DNA of 64,000 bases from Haliotis rubra (taxonomy: Eukaryota), in assembly GCF_003918875.1 (NCBI RefSeq), contig NW_025767290.1, positions 868,001 to 932,000 on the forward strand, in the 5' to 3' direction. The notes under the pieces are model-generated. The model saw nothing but the letters and a program-made list of their open reading frames with translations, did not search any database and was not told the origin of the DNA. Every line of letters begins with the position of its first letter. The stretch's first letter is position 1. The translations under genes were made by a program, and so were the position numbers. This document shows, in pieces, positions 11,461-24,850 of the stretch.

Positions 11461-14297
11461 TTTTACAGATTAAAGATTGTATGCAGCAGAGAGGGTTCGG
11501 GTGATCCTGGCACGGTCAGGCTGGTAAGGCTCATCATCAGCTCAGGGCCCTTGCCCCCTCTACACGCAGCCCAGACAGCGAATGGGACTTCTCCCAGGAA
11601 ACGCTGCCTAGTCGAACCCACCAAGAACCTTCCGGAGAATATGAAGGCTCCCCAACACTGCAGCCTTCTGCATTACCCAGAGTGTCAGAAGGGCTGTACT
11701 CCCGGTGGAGAACCCGGGCACTCTCCTGATCTGCGCCAAGAGATCAGGAGGTACCAAACCAAGGGCACCGAGAACAATGGGGAGCCTGACGACAGTGTAC
11801 TTGGGATGCAAGTGAGACATTTCAAAGGCGAGGTCCGCATATTTATCATGCTTTTCCTTAATCTTGCCAATCACATTGGTGTCAAAAGGGACAGAAAATT
11901 CTATGATATAAATAAATTCATTGGCTTTATCAAAAAGGACAAGATCAGGTTTGTTAGCTGGAATTCTTCTGAGGCTGTATATGGGCCTATTCCACAGAAG
12001 TTTGAAAGCATCATTTTCCATGACGCCCTGGACATGTTCAGGGTCGTACCATGGATGGACCTCGGAGTCAAAGCCACAGGCATGTCGGAGACGGTAGTAA
12101 AAGCAACGAGCCATGCCATCATGTCGTTTAAGATATGCTGTTTGTGCCAAGGAAGGGCATCCACTGACAAGGTGTTGGACAGTCTCTGTAAATTCATTGC
12201 AAAGTCGACATTTCATGTTAATATTCTCTTTAAGAATCACATTTAGGCGATTACGAGTGGGAAGTGACTGGTCCTGAGCAGCAAAAAAGGAAGCCCTCAG
12301 TTTCACATTTAAGACCAGCCGACTTCATCCAGGCGAAGGAGTCGGTGGGATTGCTATTCTGTTCAACACACTGCATGTACACACGATGCAATGGCTTCTC
12401 AGAAAGCTTCTCCACAAACGACCGACTCTGGGCAGACTTGGTAAAGGACTTCACCTGGTTTACTCCCATTGCTGTACCGTCCAGCAGTACATTGCCATCA
12501 GCAAAGTCAACCTCAAATCTCAGATTCTGTCCAACAACCTTGGCACGCTTAAAATAACTGTGGAATTCCTTGCTTTCATCATGAGTCTTCACATGCATCA
12601 CCAGAGGATCATCCGATAAATAAATATGTACAAAAGTACACAATAACATTCTGTCATGAAGAGCCTCCACATTAATCAAACCCCGACCTCCAGAATTGAT
12701 TGGCATGTATAAACGGTTAAGAGAGGAACGAGGGTGGTGGGCTCTGTTATCAGACATGATCCTTCTGGTCAGACGGTCAAGACTCTGGATGTCTTGTTTT
12801 GTCCAATCAACTACTCCAAAGGAATAGGAGAGGACTGGCACAGCAAAAGTATTGGTGGCTTTGACCTTGTTACGAGCATTTAGCTCTGAGCTCCAGATTT
12901 TCTTTAAACGAGATGTATACTCGGCCCGAAGTTTTTCTTGAATCTGGGCATTCTGGAGCTTGTCTCGAACTTGCATTCCAAGATAGGTGTAGGCCTGATC
13001 TTCCACAAGATGCTCAATAACTCCTCCCCCTTGTAACCTGACCGATCCATCATTAATTACCTTGCCTCGTTTCAAATGAAGAGTATTACATTTGTCGAGT
13101 CCAAATGTCATGCCAATATCATTAGAAAAGGACTCGACAAGGAGAACCTGCTCTTTCAATTGGAATCTCCTTTGGCAAGGAGTTCGATGTCATCCATGTA
13201 AAGGAGATGAGTAAGAGGTGTTGGGGATCTGTGCTGAGGAGGTCCGGGATGGTAACCCTCCTCTTTATTGAGCAGAAAGCTCAAAGGATTTAGAGACAGA
13301 CAAAAAAGCAAAGGACTAAAGGAATCCCCTGAAATATTCCCCTTCTGATTGGAATAGATTCCGAAGTCTGCACCTGCCCTTTGTGAGTACATCTCAAGTT
13401 GAGTCGACCAGCAACTCATCAAAGACTTGAGTAAATCAAGTAGTCGCTCAGGGAGGTCAATACAATGAAGAGACTTCAGAATCCATTCGTGAGGGACAGA
13501 GTCGTATGCTTTTTTGTAGTCAATCCAGCACATGGAGAGGTTGCGGTGATAAGTTTTAGCCTCTTCCAAAATCATTTTCTGTACAAGAAGTTGATCCTTG
13601 CACCCCAACATCCCTTTCTTGCTCCCCCTTCTGCTCTCTGTAAATGATATCATTGGAAGAGCAGTAAGATGACACGAGGTTTGTCAAACACCCTGTGAAT
13701 ATTTTGTATTGTGTATTCAAACATGTGATAGGGCGGAAGTTTTGGGATCAGTCAAGTCTCCTTTCTTGGGGAGAAGTATTGTGCGACCTTTGCAGAACCA
13801 TGGAGGAACATCACCTGTGTCCACGAGAGTATTAAAACAGTGTAGTAACGGTGTTTGGACACAGGGGAACAGTTTCCAATACCGGTTTCGAATGCCATCA
13901 GGCCCTGGAGCTGTATTAGATTTGGACTTTTTTATAACACTTTTCAGGCAATCTGGTGAGATGTAACAGACAAACGACCTAGTTACCTTCTCATGCATTG
14001 CATGGTCATAATCACGGACCCATGGTGCCTCAAGGTTACAGTTGCCGGGTACAGACCACAACTGTTTCCAGAACCTTTCATTGGCATCCATGGGAGGCCG
14101 TTTGTCATGTTCACCATCACCTTTTGTTTTCAGTTGCCTGTAGAGGTGTTTTTCATTGGTTCTAAAAAGTTTATTTTGTTTGATGAATTTATTTTTCTTT
14201 TCCCATTTTTTCTTTCTTTCAGTCCAAACCTTTATTTTGGCCTTAAGGGAATCGACAATTTGGAGAAGTACCTTTTCCTTTGTTGTCTTGTATTGTA
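11460..14297 (-). mobile_element. 5'-truncated R4/Dong-like non-LTR retrotransposon (RT + CCHC + restriction-like endonuclease), frameshifted
   Basis: ORF pieces 13717-14091 (APGPDGI), 13156-13653 (WIDYKKAYDSVPH, GDSFSPLLF, LLYMDD), 12251-13159 (FGLDKC, YTYLG, GGRGL) and 11608-12306 (CRLC..ETVQHLVSGC; KPDLVLFD...IIEFSVP...K..KY). Flanked by TAA repeats on both sides. Confidence 0.9.

Positions 14298-14350
<53 letters not shown>
14298..14350. repeat. (TAT)n microsatellite
   Basis: about 17 perfect units at the element's 5' junction. Confidence 0.95.
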
Positions 14351-14353
<3 letters not shown>

Positions 14354-14376
14354 GTTCCAACCTTTTGCTTAGACGT

Positions 14377-14611
14377 TTTGCTTTGTTTGTTTTCCAACGC
14401 CGCTCTCTCAGCAATATTCCAGCTATAACATGGCGGTCTGTAAATAATCGAGCCTGGACAAGGCAATCCAGTGATCAACAGCATGAGCATCGATCTACGC
14501 AAATGGGACACGATGACATGTGTCAATGAAGGTAGCAAGCCTGACCACCCGATCGCTTTAGTCGCCTCCAACGGCAAGCATGGGTTGCTGAAGACCCGGA
14601 CCTTCACAGGT
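14377..14611 (-). mobile_element. SINE-like family A copy
   Basis: reverse complement of family A; partial 5' deletion. Confidence 0.8.
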
Positions 14612-15394
14612 TCTTTCTTAGACGTAACTTCAGATAGGGAAAATAGCAGTTCCTACAAACACTGTTTCAAGTTGCCCTGTACGGCAATGTAAAGGTGTGA
14701 CAGACAGATTAACTGTCCTTTAGCAAAGTGGCGCTACAATTTACTCAAACACTAGTCTCTGGCCAATGAGATGTCCTGTTTCCTTGGGGTTCGCATGACC
14801 TTTCCTCAGCTGGTCAAATTGTGGAGTCAGATGTACAGACACAGACAAAATGAAACGAAGTAACGAATCGGACACATTTTGGCCAAATTCATTACTATAA
14901 TTTGGGAAAAGAACCAAGTTGCAGCGGTCTACAAGTTCAGATATGGACACTGTTCTCACTCGGCTAGACTGGGGTACTCACTAATTTGTCACGCAATATA
15001 TATCTCCAAAGCTCCACAAACTGTTGGTTGGTGTCCAAACTAATGATGAAGATTATTTTGGGGGGATATTCCAACCATAAGGTTCAAAATGTCATGAGTA
15101 AGTGTTCAGTACCTCAATACACCACGTACCCAATGTCAATAATATCAGATGCGTTGGGTATGGTGGTATATACGTGCATGCGTGCGTGCGTGCGTGTGTG
15201 TTCTGCGGTCAACTGAACTGAGGTTAACTGCGAAATAAATTTCATTCGAAGATTCTTGTAATCATACAACGACTTTCTTACACGGACAGACAGACAAAAG
15301 TTTATTTCAGTCTTTCTACATTTACACCATAAAAGGTATGGACAAGTAAAAAACAGCACCACTCCTCTAAGGAGTTATAGGAGAATATAACACA

Positions 15395-15769
15395 GACCGC
15401 CTCCGTGGTGTAGTGGTTAGAGCGTCCGCCCAGAGAGCGGAAGGTTGCGGGTTCGATCCCCGACCGCGTCATACCAAAAGACGTTAAAATATGGTACTTG
15501 TTGGTCCCTGCCTGGCGCTCGGCATTAATGGGTACAACAAGGACTGGTCGGCTCGGAGTCAGTATAATGTGTCTGAGTGGGGTATCCATGCTTCACTGCG
15601 GCATGGTATCTCAGTGGGTTAGCACTATAAAACCAGCTTAGGTCTGGGCTAGTACAAGCAGCCGCACATACACACACACACAAGCACGTCGTCATATGAG
15701 CGAAATATTCTCAAGCACGACGTTAAATCCAATTTCACCTCACCTCACCTCACCTCACCTCACCTCACC
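15395..15769 (+). mobile_element. tRNA-derived SINE family C with (CTCAC)n tail
   Basis: Head GGTGTAGTGGTTAGAGCG...GGTTCGATCCC; TSD TATAACACA on both sides; near-identical to the 19825 and 29530 copies. Confidence 0.88.
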
Positions 15770-16126
15770 TATAACACAGTTTAAAATACAGTAAAAGAAT
15801 AACAAGTTTATACATATAGCGTCTAACGACGCTTCAATAGAATTCCTTGGAAGGTTTTGGCTGCAACAAAACAAATATCACCGACGTGTAAAATGGTGGC
15901 CAGTTTATCTATATCTGGCATATTAATAAAACCAGGAAATTTACCCTTACATATATTCAGGAGGTCAGATCTGATAGCATTTTATAAAGGACAGTGAAGA
16001 ATGACGTGTGCCTCGTCATCAACAACATCTTTACAGTGGAAACAAGTACGTTTACGTTGAATCTTCTCATGTCTCCCGGTTTTAATCCTGATAGGAGCAA
16101 CGCCACAGCGAAACTTTGATAGTGCA

Positions 16127-16235
16127 GGACCTAGATTTTCGAAGCTCTCTAAGCGCTAAGGTAGTCGTAAGTGTCATTCATCAACATTAACTTACGACTA
16201 TCTTAGCGCTAAGAGAGCTTCGAAAATCTAGGCCC
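16127..16235. mobile_element. short hairpin MITE (GGGCC-type termini)
   Basis: CCTAGATTTTCGAAGCTCTCT..AGCGCTAAG...CTTAGCGCTAAGAGAGCTTCGAAAATCTAGG, a near-perfect inverted repeat. Confidence 0.75.
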
Positions 16236-17461
16236 AGATCTGTAACATTTAGGCATTTGTCTCAGTAGATATGTCTCAGCAGTATACACTGACTTGAACT
16301 TGTTATAGAGTCTTAGCTTGCTACTTCCTTGACGTCGCCTTTCTGGCGTAAGATCATCTTTCCACTGACTGATATCATCATTAATACATGTGTATGTGTG
16401 TTGTACGCGCGTCCGTGCGTGCGTGCGCTTATATGTGTGCCCGCTTGTCTGGGGTCAACGCTTACAGTGCTAGATCACTCAGATACCACATCACTGTTTA
16501 AAATGGACCCCCCTCTCATGCACATATTTCGTCTAATTACAAATTATTGTAATGAAATTATTATTCATAAAATGTGGGATGGAATGAAAATATTATTCAT
16601 AAAATGTGGGATGAAAGACTCATGGGACCTTCCAAGACTATCAATCAAATAGTCCTCCTCCCGGCTCAGATCAGAAAGGTCCCTAGCTAATGCGTGAAAG
16701 TTCAAACATGCCATGATTTACAGTATACTTAGCCACAGAACCCGGTATCTGTACCAGCGATGAAGACTTAAAAAGAATGGTCGTTAAAGGAAAGCTCTAC
16801 TCAGTCATGCAAACGTTATTTATTACCAATCGTCACGACCATTCTTCAATATCATATTTCAGTGATTGACGAGCTGTGCATACTGTCGACTGTGGTGATG
16901 TAAAGGTGACCAGGTTTTCTTGTAATTGGTATCTAACGATGGCGACACAGGTGCCCTCTTGGAATAGACTCTGACACATGGCACTAGAGCCGGGACATTA
17001 ATTGGAGTGAAGTCACATGTCATCTTACCATTGACGTTAATATACATATACGTATACCGAGGGACCAAAAGACTCGTGCTGGGATAGTTCATTTGTTCAT
17101 TTTATCCGGAGATGTATGACACTGACATGATATTTTGAGCGAGTTTCTTATATGGTGTCACATATCACGCACAAAACATGTATACTGAGGTACAAAAGAA
17201 AATACACATACATGATTGTTTAGGGATCATTTTCCTAAAATTAACGTAAATGCACGTGCACAACGTTTTGTTACACTCAAAACACATTTCAAAATAGTCA
17301 CGCTGATTTGAGAAAAGAATCCCATAGCACCATGCGTGTAGCTTCTTTTGTACGACACACACACGCGCACCCGCACGCACATCACGGGGAAGTGGTAGTC
17401 CCTCTGTGGGCTGTCAGGAAACAGACGCCTACTTGTATACCAGAGCATGCTTACTCTTTTC

Positions 17462-17872
17462 TAGAGGTGGGTATTGCAGAGAATTTTCACATTGCGATAT
17501 ATTGCGATGCAAAAGCATATATTGCGATATGTATTGCAATATATTGCAAGAAGTTTTTTTAAACAAAAAAGTACTTATAATCGAGTTAATGCTTGATTTA
17601 TAAAGCAAAAACACAACAAAATTACTATGCTTGATTAAGTTTTAATAAAAACTTTCAATCATGACAAAATAAAAATGTGAATAATTTTTGGCACAAATGA
17701 AACAAGGAAACCAACAATTTAAAAAAACGGAAATATCCGAAGATTTCCGAGTGTTTCGAAGTTTTCCGAATGCATGTCAAAATACCGGTTTTCGATCAGC
17801 GTATCGCAATACGTATCGTTTTCATGTCTGAACCGGTAAATACTGGTAAACCGGTTATATTGCGCAGCCCTA
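17462..17872. mobile_element. non-autonomous hAT-type MITE (family H1)
   Basis: TAG(A/G)GGTGGG...GCAGCCCTA termini; 8-bp TSD CTCTTTTC; homologous to 35967-36338. Confidence 0.85.
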
Positions 17873-18836
17873 CTCTTTTCGAAAACATTTTGTGTCATTA
17901 CGGATTTTCGATGATACATTCATATAATTTTGACACTAGTTTTATGTTCAGTGGTATCTGTTCCTGCAGATAGTCTCCACTGGTTATTCTCTGGTATTGA
18001 AGTTTGTCTTTGTCCTATTTTATCATGACGACAAGCGGTGAAAAAGTTTATATAAGACCAGGGCTTCATGACAAATATGAAGCTCATATGAAGTTCATAA
18101 GAATTTTTACAACCACAAATCATCGAAATGGTGAATATTTATTTCATTAAACAAAGCAATTCATCATGGATTTTAATATTAACATCTTTAAACGAATCTC
18201 TGTTTACCATTTATCAAGCTTGTGAACCGTCATCCAAGAACGGGAAAAACATCGGGACCTTTGCGATTGAGATCGGTCATATTTGAGGCTGGCCTTAGGT
18301 TTCTTCACCCACATTTTGTACTTCTTCATCCTCCAGCAGCTGGATGTGAAAACACCCCTGATCGAACATGGAATATTTGGATGGCTTCAATACACTTTTA
18401 AGTTAAAGCTTCAAAGGCAGTTATTTGACCTTATCTTAATGCTCCAAAGAGTATATTTACTGATGCAACGGAACATTACTCACCCATGTGAACACATCGT
18501 AATTACGCCGTAAAGAATGTTGATTTTTATCTGAATTTCATTCGATATTTTTTAATGTGTAATTACGCGCAAAAAGTGATGTCAAATTTGCATCTTCGTT
18601 TCATATCAACCAAACTACCGAGCTGAGGCAATATGCTGAAGGGGCATCATAGCATGATGATTAGCTGGTGGTTTTATTTGTCGATCGGGCGTCAAATACG
18701 TCGATCGGGCGTCAAATACGTCAGTGAAACATTATTAACCCCTATCTCCACACACTTCGGGTTATCCGTACTTGAGTACGGCAATTTTGAACTAAGGACT
18801 CGTACAATGACATCGTTCTGAACCAATGTTTCTTAT

Positions 18837-19066
18837 GAGTGAGTGAGTGAGTTTAGTTTTATCCCGCATTCAGCAATATCCCAGCTATATGGCGGCGGTC
18901 TGTAAATAATCCAGTGATCAACAGCATGAGCATCGATCTGCGCAATTGGGAACCGATGACATGTGTCAACCAAGTCAGCAAGCCTGACCACCCGATCCCG
19001 TTAGTCGACTCTTAAGACAAGCATGGGTTACTGAAGGCCAATATTCTAACCCGGACCTTCACGGGT
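18837..19066 (-). mobile_element. SINE-like family A copy
   Basis: intact 5' end ACCCGTGAAGGTCCGGG; TSD AATGTTTCTT. Confidence 0.85.
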
Positions 19067-19824
19067 AATGTTTCTTTTGAAATGGCCGTATTAGAATTTA
19101 TCATTCATAACTGGTTGATATCGAGGTACAGGCGATTGGTTGGTATTGCCTTGTCATTGCTGCTAAAGAGCTAAAAGAAGTATAAAACACACCTCATTCA
19201 CACAGGGACAAAGATATCACGTCAAACGCTGTCTAAATTCAACTCCAACGTGTGATTGTTGCACAGCACAAAGAATTGTGGATTGGTTTCTTTCATTTCA
19301 GTAGTCAGATATGATAAGTGAATAATGATTTTTATATTGTCATTTGACCTCTTGACTCCATCACGGAGAAGTTAGAAGGTCTCTTCGCAGATCTTGGTTC
19401 GAATCTATCAATGGGAAACAATGTCAATAGCGTCTCAGCTATGATTAGTGATAGAAATGGCCTTGGTCAGTTCCTTGCCATGAGGTGTTTCTCTGCACTC
19501 CGTCCACAGTGGATATTTGAAGGCTTCAAGAACACCAGATACTGATATAAACAGACTTGTATCATTACCAAGAGGTTTTATATATGATACTCATCAGACT
19601 CTTCGTCGAGGAAAAGAAACCCTTCGAAAGATTAACTGTCAGACAGCGAAATCTTAATGTTGTTACACAGACAACTTGGCTTCAGTCGCTCCTGTGTACG
19701 TGACGTTTTTACAAGTGAGCACTACACTCAGTGACATGTTGAAATTTTAATAAATTATTAATCAGACAATAAAATGTGTGTTATTTTCGAGTTCCTCCTG
19801 CCAGTCATTCAATTTGGTTTTATG

Positions 19825-20182
19825 GACCGCCTCCGTGGTGTAGTGGTTAGAGCGTCCGCCCGGAGAGCGGAAGGTCGCGGGTTCAATCCCCGACCGCGTC
19901 ATACCAAAAGACGTTAAAATATGGTACATGTTGGCCCCTGCCTGGCGCTCGGCATTAATGGGTACAACACGGACTGGTCGGCTCGGAGTCAGTATAATGT
20001 GTCTGAGTAGGGTATTCATGCTTCACTGCGGCTTGGTATCTCAGCGGGCTAGCACTATAAAACCAGCTTCAGTCTGGGCTAGTACAAGCAGCCGCACATA
20101 CACATACACACGCATGCACGTCGTCATATGAGCGAAATATTCTTCAGCGCGACGTTAAACCCAATTTCACCTCACCTTACCT
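19825..20182 (+). mobile_element. SINE family C copy
   Basis: TSD CAATTTGGTTTTAT. Confidence 0.88.
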
Positions 20183-20506
20183 CAATTTGGTTTTATAGAT
20201 ACGTTTGGCAGTGCAATCTTCCCACATGCACAGGAACAGCTGACAACGTTAACAGAAACTTTTGAAAGCAATGGCGTCAGTCATACTATAGAGGTTCTAG
20301 TCCAAAGTAAGACAAAATAAGAAGAACTGATCCTACGCTTTACAAAAACATAGTAGCCGCCAAAACAAACAGTATAACATGTGCAATGTTGACTATCATA
20401 ACACGCATTCTCTCAATATGCTTTCTGCTATACAACTATACACGTGGGAAAAGGTTTCACAGAACCTAATACTTCTTTCTCTCAGTATCTTAAATATTGC
20501 CATAAA

Positions 20507-21105
20507 ACTACATTATGAAAATGTAATAAAAACAAAAATTTATTACGTGTCTCAGACGCAACAATTGCCTTATAACTACATTATGAAAATTTAATAAAAA
20601 CAAAAATTTATTACGTGTCTCAGACGCAACAATTGCCTTATAACTACATTATGAAAATTTAATAAAACAAAATTTATTACGTGTCTCAGACGCAACAATT
20701 GCCTTATAACTACATTATGAAAATTTAATAAAAACAAAAATTTATTACGTGTCTCAGACGCAACAATTGCCTTATAACTACATTATGAAAATTTAATAAA
20801 AACAAAAATTTATTACGTGTCTCAGACGCAACAATTGCCTTATAACTACATTATGAAAATGTAATAAAAACCAAAATTTATTACGTGTCTCAGACGCAAC
20901 AATTGCCTTATAACTACATTATGAAAATTTAATAAAAACAAAAATTTATTACGTGTCTCAGACGCAACAATTGCCTTATAACTACATTATGAAAATTTAA
21001 TAAAAACAAAAATTTATTACGTGTCTCAGACGCAACAATTGCCTTATAACTACATTATGAAAATGTAATAAAAACAAAAACTTATTACGTGTCTCAGACG
21101 CAACA
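20507..21105. repeat. 68-bp minisatellite, about 9 near-identical copies
   Basis: unit ACTACATTATGAAAATTTAATAAAAACAAAAATTTATTACGTGTCTCAGACGCAACAATTGCCTTATA repeated head-to-tail with no spacers. Confidence 0.95.
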
Positions 21106-21142
21106 AATCACGACACACGTGCTGTAGGTAACAACTGTCTAG

Positions 21143-21553
21143 TAGTGGTGGTCCAATTAATTGAAATAATCGAAGATTGGTCGCAATGACTAAACGACCA
21201 AGCAATCGATCACATTTTGTCATAATCGAACACAAACAATTTTGGAACACTTGTTTGCATTAACAATATTTATCACAAGGTTGGTTTTGAATGTTACGTT
21301 TCATAAGCACTACAAGCTCGTTCCATGTCGTGAGTGCATTCATTTTGAAGACTCCAGGAAATTTATTTTCCTAACATACTAGTCATCCTTTAAAGACTCC
21401 GAAAGAACTGCATGTTTTTTACATTATTTTTTGTGCATTAACAAACATAACCAGGACAATTTGATAAATGACGCTAACCAATTATTTTCGATGATTGATC
21501 GGTTGTAATGGACCAATCATCAATTATGAGATTTTAACCAATTCCCAACACTA
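21143..21553. mobile_element. non-autonomous hAT-type MITE (family H2)
   Basis: TAGTGGTGG...CCCAACACTA termini; TSD (c/g)TGTCTAG; inverted homologue at 40325-40742. Confidence 0.8.
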
Positions 21554-21656
21554 GTGTCTAGCATGTGAAACACTTGCACCCTCGTGGCATGAAAATACAG
21601 TTTCAATTATCATTCACTCTTGTTAGATAACTGAGCTAAAACGCTTAAACCACTCT

Positions 21657-23310
21657 ATGGCACCCTCCCAAATAACGGCAGCCACATGATGACAGGTTAT
21701 AGGTATGGTTTATGCCGGGTTGTCCATGAGACAAATTGCCAGACAATTAGGTCATCATCCCTCAATCAGTCAATTAGTGAGGTAATATCACCAAGCAAAT
21801 GGTGCAAGGATATGCATCGTTCAAGCAGACCACGCAAGACATAAGCAAGACAAGACGCAGCCTTACTTAAGATTTGCTCGGCGATTTCCCTTTGCACCAA
21901 GTCCAATGTTAAAACGGCAATGGCTTCCACATCAATGTTCAACTCTGTCATAAAACTGTTAGAAATCGACTGCTGAAAACAGCAGAGTATAAGTTCAGGA
22001 GGCCTGTCCGACGACCTTTGTTGACACGTGCCCACATGGATGCAAGATTCCGGGTGGGGCCGTAACCGGCATCGGTGGAACCTAGCCACTTGGAGGAAGA
22101 TCCAATTTTCAAACGAGAGTCGGATTTTGCTGTTTGCTCCTGGCGGAGGGACGCGTGTATGGCAACATTGGAACATGACATATTATGCTCAAAGGAACAT
22201 CCTGGAAGAAGTTCCATTCGGCGGAGGATCCTTGATGGTATGGGGCTGTGTATCGTATGACTGCAAACTTCAGCTTGTTACAGTGAGAGGAAATCTGAAT
22301 GGACAAAGATACCAAGAGGAGTCATGTAGTGCCTCATTTTGATAATTATCCGGTATTAACAAGGCCAATCTTTATGGATGACAATGCCAGGCCACATCGC
22401 ACACGCGCAGTCATTGATTTCCTGTATCAAGAAGCCATTACCACCCTTCAATGGCCAGCCAGAAGCCGTGGTTTGAACGCTATCGAGCATGTTTGGGACA
22501 TTCTGGGGCGTAAGGGTCGTCAGAGAGATCCGCCAGTCAAGAATATTGATGAATTAGAGCAAACATTGCACCAAGAATGGAACAGGTGCCCCAGCATCGG
22601 ATTCAGCGTCTTGTGCACTCAATGAGGGTTCAAAACGTTATCCAGGTTGGTGGAGGCCGTGTGTGAAATAGCCACTGGCCCGCTAATCTCCACAGTCACT
22701 GGCCCGACTGGCTAGTGAATTTTCATGGGGTCATTTTGTAAATACCTCACTCTCTCCGACTTGTTAAGTTGTAATACACTTTTAAACTATGCAAGATTAT
22801 GGCCAGATAAAAATGTTCATCATATTAGCAGCTTGATGTTGCCGACAATATCTTATTCTCATCTATTTTTGTAATCTTTGGCATTGTTTCTACATTCAAA
22901 ATTCGGACTAGTGAATTATTTTGTAGGCTAGTAATTTTAATAACTGGCTAGCGAAATTTGAAAACTTACACAATATACTGACTGTGTCTTCTGTTCCTGA
23001 AACTAGAGATCTTATTGGGGATTGGGTGTATGAATTAAGACTACTGAGACTATGCATCGTGTTACCCGTTTGGGATGACCATATTTTATTTGACACATTA
23101 TGTTATCTTAATTTCTTTTTTATTACAGGACCAATGTTTAATCAAATTACCCCATTCAGATTCTTTATTGATGGTTTTTGTGTTAATGAAAAGTCTTTTC
23201 ACAATTGGGCTGCAAAATAATTCCCTGTGGAGATGCATATGACATATAAACTGTGATCAAGTATAGGTCCAGTCATAAAACGTGGGTGTTGCGATACTTT
23301 TTTCCATCTG
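21657..23310 (+). mobile_element. degenerate Tc1 transposon, with a probable nested MITE at about 22657-22971
   Basis: QVIGMVYAGLSMRQIARQLG (HTH), FSNESR, GGGSLMVWGC, FMDDNARPHR and WPARSRGLNAIEHVW with stops and frameshifts; Tc1-like right terminus GTGTTGCGATACTTTTTTCCATCTG|TA. Confidence 0.85.
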
Positions 23311-24606
23311 TATATATAGTATGTAACTAGGTATATTTGACATGGAAGGAATATTGATATAAATGCTAGTCTGCAACGTTTTTACTTTTTGCCTGGCAGT
23401 CTATATTGTTCCTCAGTTTGTGAATTTCCCACGACTGTATTTTGCAGGAAACAAGCTGACAAAGGATGACTATAAATAGATTGTAATGGCTCGTAGACAT
23501 AATGAAAATCCTATCTCGCTGTTCACCGTGGGAAATCACACAATGTGGAGGTTTCTCAGGGACCGTCAGTTTAGAATTTGCTTAAACTCTGTGATCACTG
23601 GGCACTGTCTGTATGTTTAATCACTATGATATTAAGAATGTATGATTACACCTTCATGATTTTATGTTGTGTCTTATTGGAAAACTGACTATTCTTGTTG
23701 AGACTAAATGAAAGGGACACGAGATCTTCCAAGAAATAAAAAACATCTTGGCATTCTATCATTTCACTGTATGTCAATGGTAAGCGAGGTTTGAGGCAAG
23801 GTGAGATAAAACAGTGTAAATTCATGGCTTCATGTGTCATGTTTTGGGAGTTTAACTGTCCTTTAAATGTTTGTTTGTTCGTTTGGTTGTTTGCTCACTG
23901 AGTCTGCCACCGAACGCATGACATCGAACAGTATAATCAGGATAGGTTGCAGAAGGTCTATATCAACTTCTAATCACCTTGAGACGTAAGATACTGCATA
24001 CATTACAATGCTATACATCCATTCAAAAGATTTCACATTTAAGCATTTTCAGAACAAACATTCAATCAGTTCGAATGCATTTTGTATACATTCGTTGATT
24101 TTAGAAATAAATCTGAGTGGTCAGAATACACTCGACAAAATGAAATCTCAAGACAGACTATCCAACTTTATTCAATCAAATCCACACAACGATTAAAGAC
24201 TCCTCTACGTTAACAATAAAGAGCCCGCTTCCCTAGGTGGCATAGGTACGTGGCACCATGTGTGTCCACGGAAGTAGAACAGACGTTTCTGGCGCTGCAA
24301 TCGGGGCATCAAACCGTGGTATTTCAGCGAGCTAGCATTATAAAATCGGATAAAGTTCAGATAAATTCGGACAACTGCGTCACAACTGTGACGTCAAACC
24401 CCATTTCACCTGACAGATTACTCCAGCAGATTAATTGAAATATTACATAAGAAATTAGTTTCGTTCCGTCTGCAAGACGGAAATTTTGCTATTTTACTTG
24501 GCGGCCCTTCTTCTTTGCTGCTTCTTCACGTTGTGAATACGTTTTTCTATAATCTCCATCATTATGTTTCACATCGTTTGTCACATCCGGCTTCACTTTC
24601 CTGAAA

Positions 24607-24850
24607 ACCGTGTTGATCCGTGTTGCAATTGGTCTTTAGCAACCCATGCATGCTTGGCGACCTGATCGGGTGGTCAGGCTCGCAGGCTTGGTTGACACAT
24701 GTCATTGTATCCGAATTGCGTAGATCGTTGCTCATGCTGTTGATCACTGGATTGTCGAGTTCTAGCCTTGAGTATTTTACAGACAGCCACCATGTAGCTG
24801 GACAAATGTTGATTGTAGCGTTTAACAACGAACAAACAATAAATAAATAG
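24607..24850 (+). mobile_element. SINE-like family A copy (diverged)
   Basis: similarity to family A. Confidence 0.75.

Noticed and set aside
11398-12246. 282-aa plus-strand ORF
   Set aside because: Antisense shadow of the retrotransposon RLE region, with no recognisable motifs.
15395-15470. tRNA genes at the SINE heads (also 19825, 26220, 31007, 48978, 59982)
   Set aside because: Each continues into a shared SINE body and tail, most with TSDs; these are tRNA-derived SINE heads, not tRNA genes.
19555-19600. Possible hammerhead ribozyme on the minus strand (CTGATGA followed by a GTATCAT/ATGATAC stem)
   Set aside because: The required GAAA after stem II is missing, and stems I and III could not be formed convincingly.
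20507-21105. Regularly spaced repeats resembling a CRISPR array
   Set aside because: No unique spacers (pure tandem repeat), eukaryotic context and no cas genes.
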